DNA of 64,000 nt from the human T2T-CHM13v2.0 reference genome, Homo sapiens. Made by a program: the position numbers and the translations under genes. A model generated the notes under the pieces. It saw only the letters and a list, made by a program, of their open reading frames with translations. It ran no database searches and was not told the origin of the DNA. Shown one piece after another: positions 26,201 through 42,734 of the stretch (position 1 is its first letter; every line of letters starts with the position of its first letter). The DNA lies in the NCBI RefSeq assembly GCF_009914755.1, contig NC_060929.1. One strand, given 5' to 3'.

Positions 26201-27720
26201 CGGCGAAAAGCTAGTTTTCTTTTCCAAGTGAACTTACTCATGGCATAACCAAGGCTATTGTTAAGCTAGTCAAAAAATGGTAGCTGTTTATATTAATCAT
26301 CTCAAATTGTGTAGAATGTGTCAGTTTTTTGTCAATTGCATGCTATTTTGAATATTTTTTGTGCACATGTCCTCTCTTCAGCTAGATCTCAAGAAACTTG
26401 AGGACAGAGTCCATGTTCTTTTTTGCTTTACTGCACACAATGGGGAGGCTATTGTTAGATACTAACCATTTGCTAGTGACTAGAATTGATTGGCAGACAT
26501 GGTGATTACAACTGGGTAGGCTCTTGGCAAAGGATACTGCTCTTTGACATCACTGTGCTTTCTTTAAACTCCACTGTGTTGAACCTCACGGTCAACATAA
26601 TTCAGAACCAGAGTATAAAATTCCCAGTTAGACAGTGTTGCATGGTAATGGTTGTATTCACTTGAGATTTTAATTTTTGATGAAAAGTTCAGTTGCTCAC
26701 TTGTTGGAAGGCTTTCTAAAGTACCTAAGCAGTTCATAAGTGATTGCGGTTAAACTTCCTGGAGTAGAGAAAGTATGTAGGCAGAGCATTTGTCCAGGGA
26801 AATTGATACTATTTTCTTCCCCTGATGATGATTTGGCCTTGCTCAGCCGACCATGGCTCAAAAATCAGAAGAGTCTAGAATGTGTCAATATTACCTTAAA
26901 TGGAAGTACAGTACACAGAGAGTTAATTTAAGTTCTTCCTGAATGGTGATATGTCACCACAAATTGGATTTTTCTCAAGTCCAACACCACCTTACCCTGC
27001 AAGAAGTGCCACTAGCAACCTAAGCCTTCCACTAGGGACACGGATGTAGAGAAAAATCTAAGATGAAATATGCTGCATCTTCATGTGCTACAAAGTTTCT
27101 ATGCCCTTGGACTAAACATAAATTATAATATTTATGGGTTTCTGTAAACCTTTCCAATCAATCAAGATCATGTCTGAAGTGCTCAGAGATGTCACCTGTT
27201 TGTCTAACACTGAAAAGGAAGGGATTATCTGTTAACTCTTTGCAATTGTGTGCCTCATTTAAATAAGTCTATTCTGTCTCCAATATTTTCAATATGAGTA
27301 CAGAGTTATTTGGCCCTGGTATATCTGGGTAATTATGCTTTTTCTCTGAATTGTTTTGTCATTTAAGCATAGTCAAAAATGAGAAAAAGATATCCTCCTA
27401 AATGTCTATAAGGTATGACTTTAACTAGGACTTTGTATCTGTGAAGACATTTTGAAGCTGTAATTCTTGGCTGCTAGCACAAACCTTAATCTCAAATTGC
27501 ATCATCTTAAAACATCTTTAAAAGCTGTCATTTCATCAATGACAGTTTTGAAATGATAGACTTAGAGGAAGATGAAACTATGTTATCCCAAGCAGATCAC
27601 TTTGGACAGGACCCAGAAGCAGAAACAAAGATTAAAAAAGGCACCTCTTCAGGTCTCAGCGGAAGGACACTGGATACTCAGATTTCTAAGCGTCCAACCC
27701 ATGGCCATTTTGTAGAATAA

Positions 27721-28117
<397 letters not shown>

Positions 28118-28199
28118 TATATATGCTATTTAATTTCATCTTCTCAACCAACTTATAAAGCTGGCAGGACTACATCTGCATCAAAATGTGGAAATTGAA

Positions 28200-28420
28200 A
28201 CATGGAAAGCTGATGATGGTATTGAGAACCTTGTTTGAGTTTTGGCTCTGCCAGAAACCCTTTGTAGCTATTAAGTCAAGTAACATAATCTCATTGAGCT
28301 ATAGCTTCTTTATCTTCTAAATTAGGACAAATAATACATATCCAACTTCTATGAGGAATACATGAGGCAAAGTGTGTAAGGTGCTTACATAGCACAATGT
28401 CTGGCACATAGTTCGTGATT
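28200..28420 (+). mobile_element. MIR SINE
   Basis: ttgagttttggctctgcca...caagtaacataatctcattgagct...gtgtaaggtgcttacatagcacaatgtctggcacatag. Confidence 0.7.
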
Positions 28421-28859
28421 TTTTTTTGGCTTTTTCAAGGTTACTATGTTAATAAATCACTGAGCCAGGCTCAACACATCAATTTTTATTAAGAAGTAAA
28501 TAGTCTAAATATTGAAACTCAGTATAATATTATCTGTCCATTTATCCTCGACAACTTTTGAAATTCATGTCAGTGATGTCAAATACTAGGACAATGCTAT
28601 AGTTGGCACCTTGCATTTCTATTGCATTTGGTATTTTCATAAAGGCTCCCAAAGGAGATTCTCTTTCCTCCTCACAATAATCCTATTAATCAGGGTAGAC
28701 CATATACCTACTTTACGGACAGATCAGGAAATTAAAATGTAGGCCCATCTGGTTCTCTCTCCATGGCAGTCATTGCTTAGTAATGAAAATGGATGATACC
28801 ACAAGATGACAGGGCTTTTTTTCAATACCTCTTCAAATTAGAAATTGTGGTTGACTGGA

Positions 28860-29975
28860 TTCACTTGTCCATATCTTTCCCCTTCCTTGTGAGTAAGTAT
28901 TTTGGATTGTACTTTGAAAAGAGTTTCAAATCCATCCACTTTTCTTCACCTAGGTCAGAACCCTGGACCAAGCCACTGTTCTCTTGGAGTCCTACAGTAC
29001 CCATCTAAATGGACTTTGTTTTCACTCATTTCCCTCTAATCCATACACCATGCTGCAGTCACAGAGACCACCTTAAAGTTTGGTCACATCATGTCTCCAT
29101 CCTCCAATGGCTTCCCATGCTTATGGGAAAGAGTTACAAATTATCATTGTGTTCTTGGAGGCCCAGGGCAACCTGGCCTTTATCTCAGGCCGCTCTCCCT
29201 CTTGATCATCAAGTAGGAGACACATTGGCTGACTTTTGCTATTTTTTTTTTTTTTTGAGATGGAGTTTCACTCTTGTTGCCCAGGCCAGAGTGCAATGGC
29301 GTGATCTCAGCTCACTGAAACCTCTGCCTCCCGAGTTCAAGCAATTCTCCTGCCTCAGCCTCCCAAGTAGCTGAGATTACAGGTGTGCACCACCATGCCC
29401 AGCTAATTTTGTATTTTTAGTACAGATGGGTTTCACCATGTTAGTCAGGCTGGTCTCCAACTCCTGATCTCCAGTGATCCACCTGCCTCGGCCTCCCAAA
29501 GTACTGGGATTACAGGCGTGTGTCACTGCACCTGGCCATGACTTCTGCTTTTTTTAGCTCAGGAAGCTCTTTTCCATCTCACTGTCTTTGCAAATGCTGT
29601 TCCTTCTCTTGAAATTCATGTTCTCCCAACACCACTCATACATCCACAAGGATATGGCTGGTTCTTTCCAGTCTTTCCACCTTCACATAAATGTCTCCTT
29701 CACAGAGCTAATATCTTTGGCCTCCTTGACTGAAGTCACCTTGCATGGTTATTCTTCACACTCTTTCCCTAATATTTATCATAATGTGTAGTATTTTATC
29801 TGTGTGCATTATTCAATGTTGTGCCTCCTTTTTTAGACTGAAAATTTCTTGACAGCAAATACTAGGCTTGTTTTGTTTATTGCTGTATCTTCAGCACCTA
29901 GAATAATATCTTTCTTATTCTAGGAAATTTCTGCAGATCACCAAAGCATATTTATTGAGTGAATGAATAAATCAA
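28860..29975 (+). mobile_element. L2 LINE interrupted by an Alu
   Basis: L2 motifs (cctccaatggcttcccat; ctttgcaaatgctgttcctt; tgctgtatcttcagcacctagaa; tattgagtgaatgaat). Confidence 0.8.
29242..29537 (-). mobile_element. AluSq/Sp-type SINE
   Basis: Poly-T then gagtttcactcttgttgcccagg; TSD tgacttttgct (29230-29240) / tgacttctgct (29539-29549). Confidence 0.95.
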
Positions 29976-30629
29976 CCCATTTGTTGTTTACCTGGCCATT
30001 CTCTGAGCCCAAAGAGGGCTCAGGGACCAACTAGTGGTTTTTGAACTGCTCTTAGGAGTCTTTTGTTCTATGTTTGTGTCTTAAGGAAGAGCTGATTTCC
30101 AACTAGCATGCTACAGATTGACCTAGGTGTACCCAATTCATCATTCCCTCAGCTTTGAAGTGACCTTAGACCCCCCGCCAAGTCTAAGCTAAACCCCCAA
30201 GTCATTCACTTTCACCCAGTCCTGCCATCAGCCCATCCATCTGCCTAGGTGAGCTACACAAACATTATCAGTTTCTATGTGTGCCGGAAGTGAAAAGAGT
30301 GCCTTAACCTTGGCTCAGTTTGAAGTGGGAGACTGTGGGTGAGTAGAATGGTTTGGGACTGAAGTCATCCTCCTTTCTTTGCACCTGCTGCCCTATCCCA
30401 CCTGCAACGTGAGGATCAGAGCAGCTATAAACTTATCAGTTTTAACAAGTGAAGATTCTGGTTAAATTTTACTTCTTAGATTTTTTTTTTCATGCAAAGG
30501 ACTCTGTTCCTGAAAAGATAATTGCAAAATATTATTTAAAGGGCCTCATTTTACTAAATAAAGAAATTGAGGCAAATGATCCTCTATGATGGTCTGTTCT
30601 TTATTTCCTCTCAACAAGACATTATAAGG

Positions 30630-30750
30630 CAGTGGTTCTCAACTTCTAAAGCTGCAGGGTAGAATCTGCTGGACCCTTAAATATTTTTCTAATACCCAGG
30701 CTATACCCCAGACCAAGTAAATCAGAATCTCTGGAAATGGTTCCCAGCCT
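30630..30750. mobile_element. MER5-type hAT-Charlie fragment
   Basis: cagtggttctcaactt...cccaggctataccccagacc...aatcagaatctctgg. Confidence 0.7.
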
Positions 30751-32659
30751 TGAGGATATGATTAAAAATAACAAACACTTGTCAGGATTCATAATAATAA
30801 TAAATAAACTAAATCTCTGACCCTTCATCTCCCTAGTGACTTGTGGCTTCAGATGTCTCTGAATAATGGCAATAAAACTAAGAAATAATATTAACTTAGC
30901 TTTAAATTAACTGGCTTAAAGGCATTTATTCAGTAAAACTTTTTTTAATTGGAAAAGTGATCATTTTCTTTTAACAGTGAAAGAGCTCTGGAACTGAGGA
31001 TTGAGTTCTGGAAAAAGTTAGGTACTTGCTAAATTTAGCAATTTGTTGCCTAATTGGAGATAGCTATTAACCTCTTTTTTTGAAGGCAACATAAAGTTTT
31101 TTTCATATTTATAATAGAGTATTGGTATACTATACAGGCTAGAGTACCTAATGCCAGTTTCAGATTTATGGGGAATATTACTTAATCCCATAAACAATCA
31201 ATGATATGTGGCCGTTTTTAACCTGGGGGCTGTGATTCTCAGTGATGCTCCACCAAAGGCATGTCTGTTACATCAAGTGTGGTGATTAGGCATACTACAG
31301 TTGCCTCCTGGAACTGTCCACCTCTACTCTGGGGAAAAGAGTCATCACTTGCGGGTTTTCTGTGAGATTCAAACGTGAAAAATTTATATCAAGCACTTAG
31401 CACGATGCTTGTCAAGTGACATATCCTCACTAAATGTTGTAGGCCATTGTCATTCTTATGATTGTGTTATTATGATTCTTTTATTACTAAAAATAATCTT
31501 AAAACCAAGAGGGCTGAAAATACCCTTTTAGCACACTCCGTATTCCTTTGGCTCATTCTCAGTACCCAGTACTGTGTTTGGTGTACTCTTTTCTTACATA
31601 TAAACTGTTACTGTACACTTAGATATTTAGTAAGTGAGTGACTTCACGGAAGAAAACCAAATCCAGAAGTTCTCCTAACTTGTTAATTAGTGGAGATCTT
31701 TACTGGTTCATCAATTTTTCAGGTTCTTATGAAGAAAACATTAATAGTAGAAATTATATACACATTATTCCTCTTTCTGTCAGCACTGAAAAATTCTCGT
31801 TGATTCCTCTTTATGAAATGAGATTCCACAGAAGTCAAAGAGTAAGAAGATAAAGAATGTTTCCCCCTTAGTAGAGATAATATAAAGAAAGACAATACAA
31901 GCCCATTGTAAAATTACAGATCATAAGTCACTGCTATTACCCTGCAGGTCTTGGTGTTAAATGGAAAACACAGGAAGGGGAGGGAACATTGGTTAAGTTG
32001 TTTAAAAACATTTAACTATCCTCACTTCCTGGAAGCATATATAGAAAGGCATACATTTAAGTGTCTACATAATAAGAGAAAGTATATTGCACCAATACAT
32101 CAACACTAGAGCAACAATTACATTATGTCACTCTACAGTGGTGAATCATTAGGAAGCCACAGTCAGCATCAGTGAAAAGAATGTTTCCTTGAAATTGGAT
32201 TGTTTAAATTACAGGATGTGCATTTGGATACTACATTCACCATGCTGGGTTTTAAATAAGAAACTTGAGTTACAAGTCTTGTGGAGTCCTGACTTCCGTC
32301 CCCTTGCTTCTAAGCAAGAATAAATCTCCCTCACACACTTGCTCTCTTGCGCCCTAATCTTTTACTCTTTTCTCCCTTCCAAAGGATCACCAGGTTGTGG
32401 GTAGGAAAACACCATCAGCAGTTTTTCAAACAATGGTTGGGTTCTCTGCCAGCTACAAAGATTTTCTTAACTGCTCCTTCATTTAAGCAGGCTTCCCTGA
32501 TAGTCATGTAACACTCCTGGATTGGAAGTGGACATGTCCTTTTGGGGAGCCCATAGTCTTGTTCAGTCTTGTTCATAGGAACTTGGGATGAAGTGAAGGG
32601 AAGAGGAGAGAAGGAAAGGTGGGGGAAGAGAAAAGAAAAGCACAGTGGCTCCTTCTTAT

Positions 32660-32930
32660 CTTTGAGTCTCCACTCAAATGCCCCCTTCCTTGTAAAAGCC
32701 TTTCCTGACCACCCAAGACAAAACAGCGCTCTTTAGTCACCACCCCCGTTTTACCTCCTTTGTGCCATGTATTCCATGGAATACTATTGTTCTTGTTTGC
32801 GTATCCCATTTCCTATCTCTTTTCTCAGATGATGACTGTGCAGGCAGTGACTTTGTTTTCCTTGGTCACTATGGCTTTGAAGCCTAGAACAGTGCCTGGC
32901 ACACATAGACATTCAATTTGTGAATGAGCT
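32660..32930 (+). mobile_element. L2 3' fragment
   Basis: ctcaaatgcccccttccttgtaaaagcctttcctgacc...gcctagaacagtgcctggcacacatagacattcaa. Confidence 0.72.
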
Positions 32931-33404
32931 TTTGAAAAAAAAAACCAGAAATATGATTTTTTCAGAGACTCAGAAGCCATAGATCAATATTTCTTTGTCC
33001 ATACAGGGTACCTTTGTCTGATGTCTTAGTGATAATTCACTTAAAAATATCAAAAGCTAAATTCTTCCAAAGGCCTTCTTCCCTCAAATCATGCTTCCCT
33101 TTTATATTTACTTTCTCAGTGAAGGATACTCTTCAAGATGTAAGAAGCACCTTCTAGAATTATTTAACTCAAGCTTATATGACTGTAAGCATTTCTCCTT
33201 CATTTTCCTTCCCAAATCTCATAGCGAAGAGGAAAGGTGGATTGATTCCCCAGTTCTTGGGGGGAAAAATGCCTAAAGAAGAAAAGGAAATCACTAACCT
33301 CATTTGAAATTTTGCAAATGCTTGGCTTCCCTTACTAACCAACTTTGAGATTTAAAATAGTTAAATGCTCTCCTGTACAATAGGAACTAATCACAGGGCA
33401 GAGG

Positions 33405-34120
33405 ATTCATTCACTCGTCATTTAAGCTAACTTTATTTGAGACCTGTCATGGACAGGGAATAGGCTATACAAAACAAACACATGACTTTCCTCCAAGAGT
33501 TGATAATCTAATCGAACATTCTAAATGAGCACAAAACATAGTAAAAAATAAAAAATAAAAAACTAGGGTTAAGTGCATAACTGTACAGCACATAAAAGGA
33601 GCCATGAAAATTCATAGGTACAAGAGCTCATTTTTGGACGTAGGGTAGCATTAATATTTGGCCAACTAATATTTGTTTATAAGCAATGATTAGACATTAG
33701 GCCCGGGGTGGGTAGGAAAGAATTGGTCTCTTTATTTAGAAGAGGGGAATGAGAAGTAAAGAGATAAATAATTACAAATTATGATAAGTGCTGTTACAGA
33801 AAAGATCAGGGTAGTATGAGAAAATTATCTTAGGAGACCTACTTTAGGTGGTAGGCAGGAGACAAGTAGTCTTGAAACCTTTCTGAGAAGATAGAAGTTG
33901 GGCTTAGATCTAGAGCAAGGGAATGACATAGTCAAGAAGCAGGAGGATGCAGGCAGAGGAGACACATGTTTGAAGGACCTAAGGAAGAAATCACCCAGGA
34001 ATGTTAAAGGAAATGAAATAAAGTCACATGGCTGGAATAAAGAGAGCAGAATGGCCTGAGATGAGCTTGGAGAAGTGGGCTGATTATGCAAAGCCTTCTA
34101 GGAAATTGTAAAGCGTTTGT
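33405..34120 (-). mobile_element. L2 fragments
   Basis: attcattcactc...tttatttgag; tgataagtgctgttacagaaaa; caggcagaggagacacatgtttgaaggacc; ctgattatgcaaagccttctagg. Confidence 0.68.
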
Positions 34121-34857
34121 TTGGTTGGGGAAGATTGAAAATTAACCAGGTATGTCATAGCTCCTCATTTATCTGGATATCAGTCAATTAATAATTACTG
34201 ATTGGGCATAGTGCTAGGCACTGCTTCATGGCAAGTTGAAATAAATAGATCTCAGCTGAATATTGCTGAAATGGATTGTTGACATCTATTGATAAGGGTG
34301 CTTGTCTAAGAATATGATGCTTTCTCTCTCAAGTCCAGTACTCACCCTCGGTCTCATTAAAAGCATTCAGAGATATAAATAGCCTCATGTATTCTCTGCT
34401 CATTATTGGTAAGAGGAAATTACAAAAGGGGAAAATGCCTTCATCAGAAGAAACTTCTTTAATCTAGTTATAACTAGATAATGTTTTATATCTGCTTCTG
34501 CAGCATCCCAAAGGGAGGCCTTTTATTATTAGCATTGCCAAGATTGTGCTAAGTCTGCTGTATGCCAAATGCCTTGGAAAAATCCCACTGACAGCCATGG
34601 CTGTTGTGATGTTTGAAAATTACAAGTGGTGATAAGATGTCAGGAGTCCCACCTGCTCCAATGAGTTGGAAGAGACTAAAATAGTACTTTGAAGGTAATA
34701 AGTGTGAAGAAGAACATGAAGCTTTTTCTTGATTCTGGGAGAATGGGGAGGGGAAATTTCAAACATTTCTATAGCCAGTTATTTCCTCTTTGATCTGGAA
34801 TATCTTAATAGGTTGGGAGAGCAAAATGGGATTTAGACCAACCTGCAGAATCTTTGC

Positions 34858-35030
34858 ACAGCTTTTCCAACTTTAACATGCAGGTGATTCATCTGGAAAG
34901 CTTGTTAAGATACAGATTCTGCCTCAGGAGTTACTGATGAGGCTTGACATGATGTATTTCCAATAAACTTTTAGAGATGCAGGAGGCGCTGGTCCGCAAG
35001 CCACAATTTACAAGAAGCTAAACAACTACT
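34858..35030. mobile_element. MER5-type hAT-Charlie fragment
   Basis: tcatctggaaagcttgttaagatacagattctg...gctggtccgcaagccacaattt. Confidence 0.55.
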
Positions 35031-35539
35031 TTAGAAGTAGAGTGATGCAGAGCTGTTGAGGGATATTAGAAAGATACTTTTGTCCCTAAATATTTTCCTA
35101 CTTATAAGTCTTTGTATCTGGAATGTTCCCAGTAAGTTATTTCCTCCCGTGTCTTCCTGTCTCAATTTCTAGTTCAAAATGCAAATACTTTATGAGCTGA
35201 AAAATATCAAAGCTCACCAAATTCTGTAGTGTTTACTTCCTAATATCTATACCACAGCCTCTTAATTTTTCATGCCTTTTTTCATGCCTTTATCATTTTT
35301 CCTCTAAACTGCTCCAGCAGCATGTTAACTAAACATCCTCCCTTTTGTCTCCTCGTTTTTCATACAGGAGGCAGAGCTATTTTTCTAAAATGCAAATCCT
35401 ACATCATTCCCCATCCTAAGATCCTTCCACGGTGTCTTATTGCCATGAGGATAAACTTTAACAGTATCAAGAGAGGGATTTTTCCTGTTATTCTGAAATT
35501 AAGGCCCAAAGTTGAGGGCAAAAGGCCCTAAATTTTTTT

Positions 35540-36105
35540 CTATACAAACTCATCAATTGCTCGGAGAGATTAGCAAGAGATAGAGAAATAGAGATAGAAA
35601 GATAGATAGATTGATAAAAAAATTTTGAACAAGGAATTGGCCTGAAACATTTGTGAAAGCCAGTTAAGCCATCCCTGTGAATTGTTTTCTTTGTGCCTTG
35701 TGGGTAGAGAAGATGGATATAAAGTGGGGAGAACCGGAGTAAGCTGGAGCCCCACAAGACTGGCTGAAACCCTACCAGGTTTTCTTGTCTCTGACTTTGG
35801 TGACAAAGGTGCCCTGTAGAAGCCAGGGTCCTTCAGCTGGAAACTAAACACATAGCCTTTGCCCAGAAGTTAAAGAAGCTAAAAAAATAATCCAGAATAA
35901 AGTACAGCACTTTCAGATCTGTCTTCTGCTTTACTAAAACTGTGTCATCCGATCCGGAAATATGTATGTGAGCTAAATAATGGCTGCTGCTTCCCATTCT
36001 TTCTCCAAATTTTCCAAGGATCTTCCCTCAGCACACCCTAACTGGAGAGATACACAAAACAAATACTGGAAAATGTAGTCAACCTAATCAAGATGACACA
36101 TTATA
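35540..36105 (-). mobile_element. Old LTR remnant (MLT2-like) with a degenerate (GATA)n tract
   Basis: gatagatag tract followed by aaggaattggcctga...; terminal ctggaaaatgtagtcaacctaatcaagatgacaca; subfamily uncertain. Confidence 0.45.
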
Positions 36106-36369
36106 AAGTCATTACAGTTGAGTTCATTTTTTAAAAATAGGCTCCTAAGACCATATTCTTTTTTTTTTTTTTCCTCCAGAGTACTTATCTTAGAACTTGG
36201 GAATACATTTTTCTTTAAGTAGGCAAGGAACTCTATTAAAGCAGGAAATTTACTTGGTTTTGCCCCCAGATTATATTCAAAATGACGAGCAAAAGGCTTC
36301 ACAATAATAGACACTCATATACTTGTTAAATAATACATGGATGAATGCACAAATATATAAAAGCCAAGA

Positions 36370-38836
<2,467 letters not shown>

Positions 38837-40133
38837 ATCTCTGCTCATGACTAGCCTTCACAAATAAGGGCTATGTTATTCTTCTACAGAGTTTTTGTGC
38901 ATGACTAGGATTGGGACTGTCTTTGCTACTCAACATGAGCATCTTGGATGAATCCAGAGCATGCTAAAGACTTCTTGGACTCTCCGTTTATCAAAGCTGA
39001 GGAACTGGGCAACTCAATCAGCCCTGCGTCTAGTCAGCACTGTTCTTTTGCATTGAAACCGAGCCTAAGCATTGACTCTTTCCTTTCATTTTCTTTAGTA
39101 CACATCTCTTGGTTTTCCCCTTGTTTCTCCACTCAAGTTTCCCACAAATGAGATGAGAGTATAGTGCTGAAGAGATTCTTGTTTTCTCATATTTGTTCTC
39201 ATCACTTGAATACGGGCAACTGTCAGTCTCCCAAACAAAATTGTCCATCTTACATGCCAATATTATGTGGCCAATATTAGAACACTGAAAATATTTCAAA
39301 TCAATGACCTCAATGTCTACCCTATGAAACTAGAAAAAAGGGGGCAATTAAATCAAATGTAAGCAGAAGAAAGGCCAGAATCAAAATTAAACCCAAAATA
39401 AATGAAATAGAATGCAGAAAATCAACTGAAAAAAATCAAGAAAGTCAAGTGGTCTTTTTGAGATCAATAAAATTATCAACCTCTAGCCACACTAATAAAA
39501 AAATAGAATATACAAATTGCCAATATTAGCAATAAGAAAAGTGATATCACTACAGATTCTACAGATATTAGTAGGATAACAAGAAAATATTATAAATGAC
39601 TTTTTTCTATAAACTTTCTAAAATACACAAACTATAAAGAAAGAGATAACATTAGCCTTGTATCTACTAAAGAAGTTAAAATTGTAGTTAAAATTTTTTC
39701 CATAAAGAAAACACCAACCCAAGATGACTTCACTGGTAAATTCTACCAAGTATTTAAGGGGAAAGTAATATCAATTCTACACAAAATTATCTAGAAAATT
39801 GAAGAAAACGGAATAGTTTTGAACTCATTCTATGAGACAGCTACCAAAACCAAAGATCTTACAACTAAAGAAATCTACAGACCAATAACACTCATATACA
39901 TGCATGCAAACATTCCAAACAACATTTTAGCAAATTGAATATTGGGAAAGTACAATACATTGTGACTAATTGGGATTTATTTCAGGAATGCAAGTTTTGT
40001 TAAACATACAGAAATTAATCAATATTTTCAATATATTGCCTACCAAAAAAAGAATAGTCATCTCAATAGACAGAGAAAAAGCATTTAACATAATCCAGTA
40101 TTTATTCCTGATAGACACTCTCAGCAAAAGTAG

Positions 40134-42061
<1,928 letters not shown>

Positions 42062-42107
42062 ATCACACATTTTAGACATGGCACTAAGGATTCTACCTAG
42101 TGCAGTC

Positions 42108-42317
42108 AGGGAAAGAAAAAGAGAGAAAAGGAGGGAGGAAGTAAGGGAGAAATGAAATAAACAAGGGAGGAAAAGAAGGAAGGAAGGGAGGAAATAAGGG
42201 AGGGAGGATGGAAAAAAGGGAGGTAGGAAGGCAAGAAAGGAGAGAGAGAAGAAGGAGAAGAGAGGAAGGGAGAGAGAGGGGAGAGAAGAAAAAAGAAAGG
42301 AAGAAAAAAATAAAGAG
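42108..42317. repeat. Polypurine (GA-rich) low-complexity tract
   Basis: About 210 nt nearly all A/G (ggaa/ggga/gaga units). Confidence 0.92.
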
Positions 42318-42547
42318 ACATTCAGATTGGAAAAGTGAAATAAAACTACACTGGAAATGAGAGTCAGCTGATGCTATTAGATGAAATTTACAAAAAAAGC
42401 TACTAGAACTAATAAATGAATCTAGCAAGTGTGTAATATAAAGTTTGACAAAGATCAATTGTACTTCTGTATGTAATCAATGAACAATCAGAAATTGAAA
42501 TTAAGAAAGCATAACTATTTATAATATCATAAGAATGTTAAATACTC

Positions 42548-42734
42548 GGTTGGGGGGAGGTGGGAGGGATAGCATCAGGAGATATACCTAATGCTAAATG
42601 ATGAGTTAATGGGTGCAGCACCTGAGCATGGCACATGTATACATATGTAACTAACCGGCACATTGTGCACATGTACCCTAAAACTTAAAGCATAATAATA
42701 ATAATAATAAAAAGAAAAACAAAAACAAACAAAA
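42548..42734 (+). mobile_element. Short L1PA3-like 3' UTR insertion
   Basis: gggatagcatcaggagatatacctaatgctaaatgatgagttaatgggtgcagcac...aaacttaaagcataat plus A-rich tail; perfect 17-bp TSD aagaatgttaaatactc (42531-42547, 42735-42751). Confidence 0.93.

Noticed and set aside
27553-27720. 55-codon acidic ORF (MIDLEEDETMLSQADHFGQDPEAETK...) below the track cutoff
   Set aside because: No convincing splice sites or recognisable homology, and the DNA loosely resembles a very degenerate MIR3; treated as chance.
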